DNA of 64,000 nt from an uncultured cyanobacterium (GCA_963718615.1 OY970368.1:256001-320000); one strand, 5' to 3'; positions 10,087 to 20,325 are shown, counted from the first letter of the stretch. Numbers and translations: made by a program. Notes: generated by a model from the letters alone, not told the origin.

Positions 10087-10719
10087 ATGCAATTTACCCT
10101 TGCACAGCAGCGTGTGGCGTTTCTCACCGCTGCCTTTTTGGGGTCTTCCCAAATCACCTCTGCCGTTGCCAATCCTGCCTTTGAACAACAGGAGGTTAAT
10201 CCAGAAAATTTTGTTCTGATGGCCACGCCTTACAACAGTGGCAGTGCCCATCAGCTGACGATCGTGGAACAGCAGCAGCCCAGTCGAGCCTGTTGGAGCG
10301 AGACCGCAGCCAACCCCCATGAGGATAACGAGACCCCTGTTATCATCAATCCGCTGCTCCTCGGCTTTAATTTCAGCGGCATCTGTGGTCGCAGTACCGA
10401 TAGCAATGGCTACTCGATTCGGGTCGGTGGCGAAGACCTGAACTGGCGCTACACCGTGAAGGTCCTGGAATATAACGGTGAACTGATGCTGGTCGGTGTC
10501 CCTACGGATAATCCGGCTGAGGCCAAACTCTTGATTGCCCGTAGTCAGGGTTCTGCCCAAGACTTTTCTAAGCTTGTTTTGGAACCGGGGTGGCGGTTGA
10601 CCAAGCGGGTGTATAACGGCAAAACCCTCGGGCATCTGTATTTAACCCACGATAGTTCCCTTGCGGGTCTGGCAGCACAGGAGGTTCTGGCAGAGCGCCA
10701 ACCCGTTACGGTTCCATAA
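10087..10719 (+). CDS. DUF3747 family secreted protein
   Basis: Signal peptide; FEQQEV, CWSE, PLLLGFNFSGICGRSTDSNGYSIR, WRLTKRVYNGKTLGHLYL. Confidence 0.8.
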   Translation: MQFTLAQQRVAFLTAAFLGSSQITSAVANPAFEQQEVNPENFVLMATPYNSGSAHQLTIVEQQQPSRACWSETAANPHEDNETPVIINPLLLGFNFSGICGRSTDSNGYSIRVGGEDLNWRYTVKVLEYNGELMLVGVPTDNPAEAKLLIARSQGSAQDFSKLVLEPGWRLTKRVYNGKTLGHLYLTHDSSLAGLAAQEVLAERQPVTVP

Positions 10720-11605
10720 AGTCGGTGGGGTCAAGGCCCTGTTGTTGCAATTGGGCGAGAAGTCGAGCCAAGCGTTCCTCGGCGGCATCCGCTCGCTGGG
10801 CTTCACTGTTGGCGCGCTGGGCTTCTAGATTGGCGCGCTGGGCCTGGGCTTCGGCTTCGGTCGGAATCCAATCGCCTTGGGCATTTTGCCAACGCAGCCA
10901 GGGCCGCGTGACGCCCTTGTATTCTCCTTCCCAGAGGCCAAGACCAATCTCAAGATCGGCCAGCCAAATGCGAGGGTTCTCCTCTGCTAGCGGCTGTTCG
11001 CGATACTGGCCTGCCTGCAACTGAAAGAAGTGCAACTGATTGGTATAGCGGCTGTAGACAATGTAGTAGGGAACTTGAAGAATGTCTTCGTAGACTTTCC
11101 ATTTGGCAGGAGGACGGCGACGGGGTTGGGCTAAAAAGTCATCAATCTCAGCGGTCTCAGCGGCTGCCGGATCGATGTCGTCCGTGGTGCGGTAATAGGG
11201 GCCGAGATCTTGCTTTTCTGTCCCCGGCGAGAGTAATTCAACAATAATGCTGGGGGCAACGCCTTCGTCCCAAACCACATAGCTGAGGCGCATATCTATC
11301 CCGCTGTAGAGATAGGGCGTACCCAAGGCCACAAACCAGTCTGGGCGTTTGTGCCAGAGGGGATGGTCAGGGTCGTAGTAAAGATTAATGTCCGTGCCAG
11401 GAAAACGCTCTTGAAAGCCGTATTGCGTCAGTTGAAGCGTGGCACTGAGCAATTCGGGTTGAAGATCATGGTAAACGTCGGGCAAGCCAGGCTCCTGAGG
11501 AAATTCGCTGGGCAAATCATACATCGTCAGGTGTTGGCCCGCAGCCTGAGAAGAGGAGACTTGGGCCTCAGGCTGCTTACTAGATGCAGACAGACGAGAT
11601 TGCAT
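10706..11605 (-). CDS. Uma2 family (DUF820) PD-(D/E)XK endonuclease-like protein
   Basis: MYDLPSE..EPGLPD, RPDWF, SYVVWDEG, VELLSPGT, C-terminal AQRA coiled coil. Confidence 0.88.
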   Translation of the reverse strand: MQSRLSASSKQPEAQVSSSQAAGQHLTMYDLPSEFPQEPGLPDVYHDLQPELLSATLQLTQYGFQERFPGTDINLYYDPDHPLWHKRPDWFVALGTPYLYSGIDMRLSYVVWDEGVAPSIIVELLSPGTEKQDLGPYYRTTDDIDPAAAETAEIDDFLAQPRRRPPAKWKVYEDILQVPYYIVYSRYTNQLHFFQLQAGQYREQPLAEENPRIWLADLEIGLGLWEGEYKGVTRPWLRWQNAQGDWIPTEAEAQAQRANLEAQRANSEAQRADAAEERLARLLAQLQQQGLDPTDFMEP

Positions 11606-11686
11606 AGGTTTACAGGAAGCGATATTTGAATTATAGGGCGATCGCCCAACCCCCCGCTCTACCCCAAAACCCCTACCCCAAAACCC

Positions 11687-12454
11687 CTACCGCAAAACAT
11701 TCGCAGCATTAATCCGACTCAAAAACATCTGCAACCGCTCACTCTGCGGCTCCAGCATCACCTGCCGCGCTGGCCCAGATTCTTCGATTTGCCCTTGGTT
11801 GAGGAAAAACACCCGACTGGCGACTTCCTGGGCGAACTGCATTTCGTGGGTCACCACCACCATGGTCATGCCTTCCTCTGCCAACTGACGCATGACCAAC
11901 AGCACTTCGCCGACCAGCTCCGGATCTAGAGCGCTGGTGGGTTCATCGAACAGCATGATTTGGGGCTGCATGCAGAGGGAGCGGGCGATCGCCACCCGCT
12001 GTTTTTGTCCGCCCGACAACTGATCGGGATAGGCCGTTGCCTTTTCCCCTAGCCCCACCTTATGCAAGTACAGCCGAGCCGTCTCTTCGCTTTCCCGCTT
12101 CGATTGGCCCAGGACTTTGCGGGGGGCTAGGGTCAGGTTTTCCAAGACCGACAAATGGGGGAACAAGTTGAACTGCTGAAATACCATCCCCACCCGCTGG
12201 TGGAGATAGCGCAGGGATTTTGCGGGCAGCTGAGGCGCGGAAAGGTCGATGCCATCGACGGTGAGCTGTCCGCCGTTAATTTTCTCTAGACGATTAAAAC
12301 AGCGCAGCAAGGTGCTTTTGCCACAACCCGACGACCCGATCACCGCGATGACCTCACCGGGATAGATGGCCTCCGTGACGCCGCGCAGGACGCGGATTGT
12401 CCCAAACCGTTTTTCAAGCTGGTGAAAGGCGATCGCGGGCGCAGATGGGTTCAT
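11687..12454 (-). CDS. Polar amino-acid ABC transporter ATP-binding protein (GlnQ/BgtA-like)
   Basis: GSSGCGKS, FQQFNLFPH, LSGGQKQRVAIAR, FDEPTSALDPE, VTHEM. Confidence 0.93.
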   Translation of the reverse strand: MNPSAPAIAFHQLEKRFGTIRVLRGVTEAIYPGEVIAVIGSSGCGKSTLLRCFNRLEKINGGQLTVDGIDLSAPQLPAKSLRYLHQRVGMVFQQFNLFPHLSVLENLTLAPRKVLGQSKRESEETARLYLHKVGLGEKATAYPDQLSGGQKQRVAIARSLCMQPQIMLFDEPTSALDPELVGEVLLVMRQLAEEGMTMVVVTHEMQFAQEVASRVFFLNQGQIEESGPARQVMLEPQSERLQMFLSRINAANVLR

Positions 12455-12736
12455 GGGAGATGGAGAACCGGCGAGAAAGGACGAAGGCTAAGTCAAAGAC
12501 TCAGTCAAAGACTCAGTCAAAGGCTAAGTCAGACGAGGCGCAATCAAAAGGAATTTATCAAAACCTATCAATTTTCCCCATCCCGGTGAGTAACTCAGAT
12601 TTGCAGGCTATCATAGCGTGACCTTTGCAAATGGCCTCAAAAAACACAAACTTTTTAAGGCTTTGTGCGTAAAATCTGAGACTTGCCTGCATAAGCCAAT
12701 CTTGTAAGCCCACTGAGTAAGCCCACTGAAAAACCG

Positions 12737-13561
12737 ATGATTAGAATCTCTCGTTCCCGTCTGCTGCGACAGTTTTCTTTAGGACTTTGTGGTGTAATTC
12801 TTGTAACTGCGATCGCCGCCTGTAGTGGAACGGGAGGAAATTCTACGGGCGCTGCTGGCGCTGGGGATAATGTTTTGACAGTGGGAAGCGATGCGGCCTA
12901 TCCGCCCTTTGAAAGTCAGTCGGCATCGGGAGATTTTGAGGGATTTGATATTGATTTGTTTCGGGCCATTGGAGAAGCCAGCGGCTTAGAAATTGAGTTT
13001 CAAAATATGACGTTTGATGGTCTAATTCCCGCCCTGCAATCCAGTACGATTGATGCAGCGGTTAGCGCCATGACAATTACGCCGGAACGGGCAAAAACCG
13101 TTGATTTTTCTAGGCCCTACTTTAAGGCGGGATTGGCGATCGCCGTTCAAGATGCTGACGAGTCGGTCAAATCCTTAGCGGATCTCAAGGGCAAGAAAAT
13201 CGCCGTTCAAATTGGCACAACTGGAGCCGATAAAGCCGCAGAAATTGAAGGGGCAAAGATCTCAACCTTTGAAACGGCTCCATTGGCCTTGCAGGAGTTG
13301 TCTAACAAAAACGTTGATGCGGTGATTAATGATTTACCCGTGACGCTTGATGCAATTAATACAGGCAATGTCAAAGGGCTCAAAGTTGTCGGTGAGTTAT
13401 TGACTGAAGAGTACTACGGTATTGCTACCCCCAAAGGCTCCGCTAATTTAGAAAAAATCAACGCGGGACTCAACACCATTATTGAGAATGGTACGTATGC
13501 CACGATTTATCAAAAGTGGTTTGGAAAGGAGCCGGAGCCCTTGCCGGAGCAGGCGCTTTAG
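12737..13561 (+). CDS. Basic amino-acid ABC transporter substrate-binding lipoprotein
   Basis: Lipobox IAAC; AYPPFE, GFDIDL, TITPERAKTVDFSRPYF, VQIGTTG. Confidence 0.92.
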   Translation: MIRISRSRLLRQFSLGLCGVILVTAIAACSGTGGNSTGAAGAGDNVLTVGSDAAYPPFESQSASGDFEGFDIDLFRAIGEASGLEIEFQNMTFDGLIPALQSSTIDAAVSAMTITPERAKTVDFSRPYFKAGLAIAVQDADESVKSLADLKGKKIAVQIGTTGADKAAEIEGAKISTFETAPLALQELSNKNVDAVINDLPVTLDAINTGNVKGLKVVGELLTEEYYGIATPKGSANLEKINAGLNTIIENGTYATIYQKWFGKEPEPLPEQAL

Positions 13562-13622
13562 GCAAGCTCGGCAGACATGAAGATTGAGCACGCGTTATAC
13601 ATGAGGGGGAAGGGCGATCGCC

Positions 13623-14339
13623 ATGGCGGATTCGATTCAGGTCATTCTTGAGGCATTGCCACGTCTCCTCCTAGGGGCCAAAGTCACCCTTCAGCTCACA
13701 GCCGCCTCCGTGACGCTGGGGATGATTTTGGGATCTTTGTTGGGGATTGCGCGGCTCTCTCGGGTTGCAGGGATTAGCTGGGCAGCGCGAATTTATATCG
13801 ACTTCTTTCGCGGTACGCCCCTTCTGGTTCAGCTCTTTATGATCTATTTTGGGGTTCCGGCATTGGTCCAAAGTGCGGGGCTGAGTTTCTCCTTCAATCG
13901 TTGGACTGCAGCCATTTTGGCGCTGACCCTCAACAGCGCGGCCTATCTGGCCGAGATTGTCCGGGCGGGCATCCAATCCATTGAAGTGGGACAGCGGGAA
14001 GCTTCAGAAAGTCTCGGGTTGAGTCCGCCCCAAGCGATGCTCTATGTCATTTTTCCCCAGGCTTTGCGCCGGATGATTCCCCCCTTGGGTAATGAGTTTA
14101 TTGCCATGCTCAAGGACACGAGCTTGGTCGCGGTGATTGGCTTTGAAGAACTGTTTCAGCAGGGGCGGCTGATTGTGGCCAAGAACTATCGTGCCTTTGA
14201 AATTTATGTGGCAGTGGCATTGGTTTATCTAACGCTCACGGTCCTGTCTTCTTTGCTCTTCAGTCAACTGGAACGCTGGATGAATCCTGCCACAAAATCC
14301 AATTCTGCACCGAGCCTGCCCGTCGCCACCGATCCCTAG
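13623..14339 (+). CDS. Amino-acid ABC transporter permease (His/Glu/Gln/Arg family)
   Basis: FRGTPLLVQL, AYLAEIVRAGIQSI, PQALRRMIPPLGNEFI, KDTSL. Confidence 0.93.
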   Translation: MADSIQVILEALPRLLLGAKVTLQLTAASVTLGMILGSLLGIARLSRVAGISWAARIYIDFFRGTPLLVQLFMIYFGVPALVQSAGLSFSFNRWTAAILALTLNSAAYLAEIVRAGIQSIEVGQREASESLGLSPPQAMLYVIFPQALRRMIPPLGNEFIAMLKDTSLVAVIGFEELFQQGRLIVAKNYRAFEIYVAVALVYLTLTVLSSLLFSQLERWMNPATKSNSAPSLPVATDP

Positions 14340-14549
14340 CCCCCCCTAGCAGAGGATCCAATGATCTCTGTTCTCCCCATTGGTGACGTTTCGCGCGAGA
14401 ATGGGAGCAATGGATATCCGGAACGACCGGTCTCTAGAGCCTCCTCAACGCTGACTTCGCCGTTTGCGCTAGGGTGTAGATCGAGCGTTATCCCCTCACC
14501 GGTGAGTCCACCTGTGTTTTTGTGATGCGTATTTTTTGATTCATCCACC

Positions 14550-15818
14550 ATGCTTAATTTGGACACTAGTTTTGATCTCACCCAGGATGACTATGCCCGC
14601 TACTCGCGGCATCTGATCCTGCCGGAAGTCGGCGTTGAGGGACAAAAGCGCTTAAAAGCGGCGAGCGTTTTATGCATTGGCACGGGCGGCTTGGGTTCGC
14701 CACTGCTACTCTATTTGGCCGCCGCAGGCGTGGGTCGTCTGGGAATCGTGGATTTTGATGTGGTTGACCCTTCCAATCTCCAGCGTCAGGTGATCCACGG
14801 CACCTCCTGGGTCGGCAAACCCAAAATCGAGTCGGCCAAAAACCGCATTCAGGAAATCAATCCCTTTTGCCAGGTTGATCTCTACGAAACCGCCGTAACT
14901 TCAGAAAACGCCCTGGAGATTCTCGAACCCTACGACATCATCGTGGATGGCACCGACAATTTCCCGACGCGGTACTTGGTAAACGATGCCTGTGTGCTGC
15001 TTGGAAAACCCAACGTCTATGGCTCGATTTTCCGCTTTGAAGGCCAAGCGACGGTGTTCAATTCCCAAGGGGGTTGGAAACGCCCAGACGGCTGGCACGA
15101 CCTGAGCAAGGCAGAAAAAGCCGAACTCCGCCACAGGAACAAAGACTGGTTCTACGACGAAACCCTGCCAGGACCCAACTACCGCGACCTCTATCCCGAC
15201 CCGCCACCGCCGGGGATGGTACCTTCCTGTGCCGAGGGCGGCGTGCTGGGAATTTTGCCGGGAATTATTGGCGTGATCCAGGCAACGGAAACCATCAAGC
15301 TAATTCTAGGGAAAGGCCAAACCCTCAGCGGTCGGCTCATGCTCTACAACTCCTTAGACATGAAGTTCCGGGAGCTCAAGCTTCAGCCCAATCCCGATCG
15401 CCCCGTGATCGAAACCCTGATTGATTATCAAGAATTCTGTGGAATTCCCCAGGCTCAAGCTGCTGAAGAGGCAGCCAAAACCATGATCCCTGAAATGACT
15501 GTGACGGAGTTGAAGACACTACTGGATAGCGGTGCTGATGACTTTGTGCTGCTTGATGTGCGCAATCCCCATGAATATGAAATTGCTCAAATTCCAGGGT
15601 CGGTCTTGGTGCCCTTGCCAGATATTGAAAATGGTAATGGAGTTGCTCAGGTCAAGGAGGTGCTCCAGGGTAAACGGCTAGTGGCTCACTGCAAGATGGG
15701 CGGGCGATCGGCCAAGGCGCTGGCAATTCTAAAGGAAAACGGCATTGAAGGCACCAATGTTAAAGGTGGCATCACGGCCTGGAGCCAGGAAGTGGATTCT
15801 TCAGTCCCGACCTACTAA
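14550..15818 (+). CDS. moeB: Molybdopterin-synthase adenylyltransferase MoeB/MoeZ (ThiF + rhodanese)
   Basis: RYSRHLILPEVG, GTGGLGSP, SNLQRQ, DGTDNFPTRY, PSCAEGGVLG; rhodanese HCKMGGRS. Confidence 0.93.
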   Translation: MLNLDTSFDLTQDDYARYSRHLILPEVGVEGQKRLKAASVLCIGTGGLGSPLLLYLAAAGVGRLGIVDFDVVDPSNLQRQVIHGTSWVGKPKIESAKNRIQEINPFCQVDLYETAVTSENALEILEPYDIIVDGTDNFPTRYLVNDACVLLGKPNVYGSIFRFEGQATVFNSQGGWKRPDGWHDLSKAEKAELRHRNKDWFYDETLPGPNYRDLYPDPPPPGMVPSCAEGGVLGILPGIIGVIQATETIKLILGKGQTLSGRLMLYNSLDMKFRELKLQPNPDRPVIETLIDYQEFCGIPQAQAAEEAAKTMIPEMTVTELKTLLDSGADDFVLLDVRNPHEYEIAQIPGSVLVPLPDIENGNGVAQVKEVLQGKRLVAHCKMGGRSAKALAILKENGIEGTNVKGGITAWSQEVDSSVPTY

Positions 15819-15820
15819 AC

Positions 15821-18520
15821 TCACACTTGATCGAGCCTAGCGCTTAAACGGGTCCTCAACTGCTTACCCAAGGTTTGAACCAAGGGCTCGTCCAAAATGC
15901 CATTGTGAGTTCCAGCAATTTCCAAGACTTCGATTTCGCCTTGCACGATATCATCCCAGCCCAAGAGCGGCATCATCGCCTTTGTGTGTTTATCGATGCG
16001 TTCCGTGGCTTTGATCAAAACCATCGAGAGGTTTTCGGGCTGGGGATCATAGACGAGTTGCATTTGCCAGCGATCGCTCGCCATCAAATGATAGGCCTGC
16101 CACTGAGAAAGCGGTAATCCCAGTTTGAGGAAAAGTTTTGCACTTAGCGTTCGCACATATTCACGGGTACCGATATAGCGATCCCAAAGCTTTTCTTGGA
16201 TATAACTCAAGCCTTGCTGCTTTAACTTTTCCCTGTGGCTCTGTGCCCGATTTTGCGTGGGCAAAATCCGATAACCTCGGCTTAAAAGACTATCCATAAC
16301 AGCGAGAAATGCGACGTCATATCCTCGTTGTCGGAGTCGAGCAGCCACTTCATAGGCTAACATTCCCCCAAACGAAAACCCAGCTAAATAATAGGGACCA
16401 GCGGGATAAATCCTCAAGATCTCCTCAACATAACAATGAGCCAGGGCTTCAACACTGTTCGGCAAGCGCTGATTGCCAATCATCTGCTCGACACCGCCGT
16501 AGATGGGTTGTTCAGGCAATAAATAGGGCGTTAGGGATCGATAAATATGGGCCCCGGACAGTAAAAATAGCGGCGGCAGTTGTCGCACAGGATCGCCCGG
16601 TTGCATAAGGTTTAGATTGACAAAACTCTCGGACGTTCTTGTTGGCTCACAAATTAATAGGGCAATTTGCTCAATGGTTGCGGCATCAAAGAGGCTCGGT
16701 AAAGGAATTGATTTTTGGAATTCTCGACTGATGCGATCGCACAATATCGCCACCTGCAAGGAATGCCCACCGAGATCGAAAAAGCGATCGCAAACCCCAA
16801 AATCAGATCGGTGCAAAATGGCTTGCCAAATTTCAAACAGCCGCTGCTCTACTACGTTTCTGGGTGGAATCGCGGGGTCTTCAGGCAGTAAAAGCGCAAC
16901 ATCGGACGCAGGCAGCGCCTGACGATCAATTTTGCCATTGGGATTGAGGGGTAGACAATCCAATTGTACAAAAATAGCCGGTATCATTTCCAGCGGAAGC
17001 TGCTGACGCAAAAACTCCCGCAGTTTGCTACCGCTAATCGGATGATTGATGGCATCGCGACAAATCAGATAGGCTACGAGCTGACGATCTCCGGCCCTAT
17101 CCTCAGATGCTGTAACAACGGCCTGCCGAATGCTAGGATAGCGGTTGAGAACGGCTTCAATTTCACCCAGTTCAATGCGAATACCACGAATTTTAACCTG
17201 ATAGTCTACTCGACCGATAAACTCCAGATTGCCATCAGCCCAGCGGCGGGCGCGATCGCCCGTTTTATAAAACCGCTGACCCTCCAGCGTGATAAATTTC
17301 TCCTGGGTGAGCTCGGGATTTTGGTCATACCCCCGTGCGACTCCCGCGCCACCAATGTAAATCTCTCCGATTTCTCCCACTTCTGCTGGCTGTTGGGCTT
17401 CGTCATATAAACCCAGGGTCACGCGATCGAAGGGCTGGCCCACCCAACGTTTTTCAAAGGGGCGATCGCGAGGAACGGCGTAGGTCAATGCTAGCGCTGA
17501 GACTTCGCTACAGCCATAGAGCACGCGAATTTGAGCACCCCGAAACACCAGTTTCATTTCTTCGACCAAATCTGCAGGAATTAAGTCTCCTCCCAGAAAC
17601 ACCTGACGAATTCCTAAAAACAGGTTGGGGTCAATGGAATTCGCTTGAATCCAGTTGAGGATTTGGCGCATCAGGCTGGGGACTGTGTGCAGGAGCGTCA
17701 CCATTTTCAGTCGCTCGACCAAATTGGGAATATCCAGAACTTGCTCACGGCTAAAAAGCACCGCTGTGCCACCGCTCAGCAGGGGACTCAGCAATTCAAA
17801 AAACGAAATGCTAAAGGAAAATCTGGCTAAACAGGGAAAAACGTCTTGGGCATTAAATTGAAATTTAGCTTGGGTCGTGAGTAGGTAATTGAGTAAATTT
17901 TGATGTTCAACAATGACACCTTTGGGGCGACCTGTCGTCCCAGACGTATAGATTAAGTAGGCTGCTTGCTTGGGCTCAATAGAAATGTTCAAATTATGGA
18001 TGTCAAAGTGAGCCCAAAGAGGGTCATCTCGGTCTAAGCAAAGCGTCAGCCCTTGATAAATAGGTAAGGTTTGAAGAACAGTTTCCTGAGTTAACAAAAC
18101 TGAGAGTTGAGACTGACTCAGCAAATCGTTAATTCGATGGGGAGGATAGCTCGGGTCAATCGGAACATACGTTCCCCCGGATTTCAAAATTGCCAGTAGA
18201 CCCATCATCAGTTCCAAACGGGGATGAACGCATAAGCCCACTCTGACTTCGGATTTCACGCCCGATTGCCGCAAGAACCGTGCCAATTGATTGGCTTGGG
18301 CATTGAGCGCTTCATAGGTCAGGGACTGATCATCCCATCGGACTGCGATCGCGTCTGGTGATCGTGTAACCTGTCCTTCAAAATACTTGAGAACGGATAG
18401 AGCCGATGTAGGCTGAGTTGCTGAGTGAATGCTTTGGGGTTGCTGGGATGAGAGTTCCCATTGAGTTGTCAATGTTCTCTGATCAAGTATTTCTTGTTCT
18501 AAGACTTCTCTCTCAAACAT
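15821..18520 (-). CDS. Stand-alone NRPS-like enzyme, A-PCP-TE
   Basis: A-domain cores LTYEALN, LKSGGTYVPID, YTSGTTGRPKG, GEIYIGGAGVARGY, YKTGD, RIELGEIE, PNGKIDR; PCP FFDLGGHSL; TE GFSFGG; no C domain. Confidence 0.9.
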   Translation of the reverse strand: MFEREVLEQEILDQRTLTTQWELSSQQPQSIHSATQPTSALSVLKYFEGQVTRSPDAIAVRWDDQSLTYEALNAQANQLARFLRQSGVKSEVRVGLCVHPRLELMMGLLAILKSGGTYVPIDPSYPPHRINDLLSQSQLSVLLTQETVLQTLPIYQGLTLCLDRDDPLWAHFDIHNLNISIEPKQAAYLIYTSGTTGRPKGVIVEHQNLLNYLLTTQAKFQFNAQDVFPCLARFSFSISFFELLSPLLSGGTAVLFSREQVLDIPNLVERLKMVTLLHTVPSLMRQILNWIQANSIDPNLFLGIRQVFLGGDLIPADLVEEMKLVFRGAQIRVLYGCSEVSALALTYAVPRDRPFEKRWVGQPFDRVTLGLYDEAQQPAEVGEIGEIYIGGAGVARGYDQNPELTQEKFITLEGQRFYKTGDRARRWADGNLEFIGRVDYQVKIRGIRIELGEIEAVLNRYPSIRQAVVTASEDRAGDRQLVAYLICRDAINHPISGSKLREFLRQQLPLEMIPAIFVQLDCLPLNPNGKIDRQALPASDVALLLPEDPAIPPRNVVEQRLFEIWQAILHRSDFGVCDRFFDLGGHSLQVAILCDRISREFQKSIPLPSLFDAATIEQIALLICEPTRTSESFVNLNLMQPGDPVRQLPPLFLLSGAHIYRSLTPYLLPEQPIYGGVEQMIGNQRLPNSVEALAHCYVEEILRIYPAGPYYLAGFSFGGMLAYEVAARLRQRGYDVAFLAVMDSLLSRGYRILPTQNRAQSHREKLKQQGLSYIQEKLWDRYIGTREYVRTLSAKLFLKLGLPLSQWQAYHLMASDRWQMQLVYDPQPENLSMVLIKATERIDKHTKAMMPLLGWDDIVQGEIEVLEIAGTHNGILDEPLVQTLGKQLRTRLSARLDQV

Positions 18521-18602
18521 AATTACAATTCTCCTGACTCATCAATTACACCTGACTCAATACTCAAATCAATAGTCTTAGGGCATAGGTCCGGCATAGC
18601 GT

Positions 18603-19808
18603 TTAGGGTGCGGTCTGAACTGCATTAAGGGAGTTGCTATGCAGTGCAATGGGAACCGCTGTTTTTAGAGAAGTCGGCAAAATTTTAGAGGGCGTACGTT
18701 TGTCCTGCTCATCCGCCACGGCTTGAAATAGGGCTTTAAAGTTACCTTCGCCATAACTTTGGGCACCATGACGCTGAATCACCTCTAGAAAAAAGGTCGG
18801 ACGATCCTGTACAACCGTAGTAAAGGCTTGTAAAAGATATCCCTGCTCATTGCGATCGGCCAGAATTTTGAACTGCTTTAATTGTTCTAAATCCTCATTT
18901 AAAAGACCCACGCGATCGCCCAAAGTATCGTAGTAAGAATCGGGAATTTGCAGAAACTCAACCCCCCGCTCCTGCATAACCCGAATCGTCTGGACAACGT
19001 CCTGGGAATGCAACGCGAGATGCTGGACACCAGGGCCACGATGGAATTTGAGAAACTCATTGAGCTGAGACTTTTGGAGGGCCGAAACGGGTTCAACCAA
19101 CGTGAGCTTAAACGTACCGGTTCGATTTTGTAAAGCCTTGGAATTCAAACCGCCGGACTCTGCATGGAGGGTAATTTGATAAAACTCTTCAAGACCCAGA
19201 ATTTGCTGATAAAAATGCACCCACTGCGGTAGGGTTCCCGCCTCTAAACAGATGGCAAGATGGTCAATGTAATTGATGCCAAGGGGCCGTTGCGATCGCC
19301 GATGCTTAATGGTTTTATATCCCGGAAACCACAGCGCTTTATCCGGACTAGACCGTTGAATAAAGCTATGAACCGTATCGCCATAGGCCGCGATCGCCGC
19401 CTTGATTAACCACTGCCCTGATTCGTCCTCATAGCGGACAGGCTCAAGCACAGGCTGAGCACCAGCTTCAACAGCATTTTGGAAGGCAATCACTGCATCA
19501 TTGACTCGAAAGCCAATTTCTTTGACGCTGTCGCCATGGGTGGCAGTGTGATAGGCAACCGGACTATCCGCCTGGGAAGCCCCAGTCAGCAGCAGATTGA
19601 CCTCACCCTGTTGGACCCAAAAGGACAGGCGATCGCTGATTCCTGTTTCGACTCCGGCGGTTGCCAGGAGCTGAAATCCGAGCGCAGAACAATAGAAGTG
19701 AGAAGCCTGAAAGGCACTACCCACATAGAATTCCACATATTCAATTGTCTCAATTTCAAAGGGCAACCGCGAGACAGATACCTGTCCCTTCTGAGAAGAT
19801 GGATCCAT
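18603..19808 (-). CDS. hppD: 4-hydroxyphenylpyruvate dioxygenase / hydroxymandelate synthase family enzyme
   Basis: HGDSVKEIGF, IAAYGDTVHSFI, IDHLA, GPGVQHLAL, FFLEVIQR, GEGNFKALF (His-His-Glu iron triad). Confidence 0.88.
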   Translation of the reverse strand: MDPSSQKGQVSVSRLPFEIETIEYVEFYVGSAFQASHFYCSALGFQLLATAGVETGISDRLSFWVQQGEVNLLLTGASQADSPVAYHTATHGDSVKEIGFRVNDAVIAFQNAVEAGAQPVLEPVRYEDESGQWLIKAAIAAYGDTVHSFIQRSSPDKALWFPGYKTIKHRRSQRPLGINYIDHLAICLEAGTLPQWVHFYQQILGLEEFYQITLHAESGGLNSKALQNRTGTFKLTLVEPVSALQKSQLNEFLKFHRGPGVQHLALHSQDVVQTIRVMQERGVEFLQIPDSYYDTLGDRVGLLNEDLEQLKQFKILADRNEQGYLLQAFTTVVQDRPTFFLEVIQRHGAQSYGEGNFKALFQAVADEQDKRTPSKILPTSLKTAVPIALHSNSLNAVQTAP

Positions 19809-20282
19809 TGGAGATGTGCAAGATATTGAAAGATCTCAAATGCTCATCCGTTTGCCAAGTCAGGGATATTCACAAATATGTCAGATCAAATTGCCGAGCT
19901 AGGGATATTCATAAACAGGGTTTTCAGCAAAACGCTTTTAACAACACTTCTGCTGTTATGCGGACCTCGTTGGTGATAAAATCTACGCTATCCTCCGGAG
20001 ACTTTTAAAGGAGTTTACACAAACTTCATGAATTAAGCTTGGATTATAAAGGAGAGAGAATTTTCCGTACTTCATCCTCAAAACAAGATGTATCCGTATT
20101 CACGAAAATCAGACTTCTGCGGTCTGCGATACAAAACGGGAATATCTAATCATCAATAGTTTTGGCCTAAACCATAGCCTTAAGATACAAAATCAGATAG
20201 CTGAAGACCAACAAAGCCTTCCCCTATTTCATCAAGCAATAATCTATTTCATCAATCAACAATTTGCGTTAGCAGCAACGAC

Positions 20283-20325
20283 AAAGCCCCCTATTGAACT
20301 TTTTTTGCTCAGTTTTAGGGGGCTT
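20283..20325 (-). terminator. Terminator-like hairpin downstream of map
   Basis: aaagccccct...agggggcttt inverted repeat. Confidence 0.5.
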
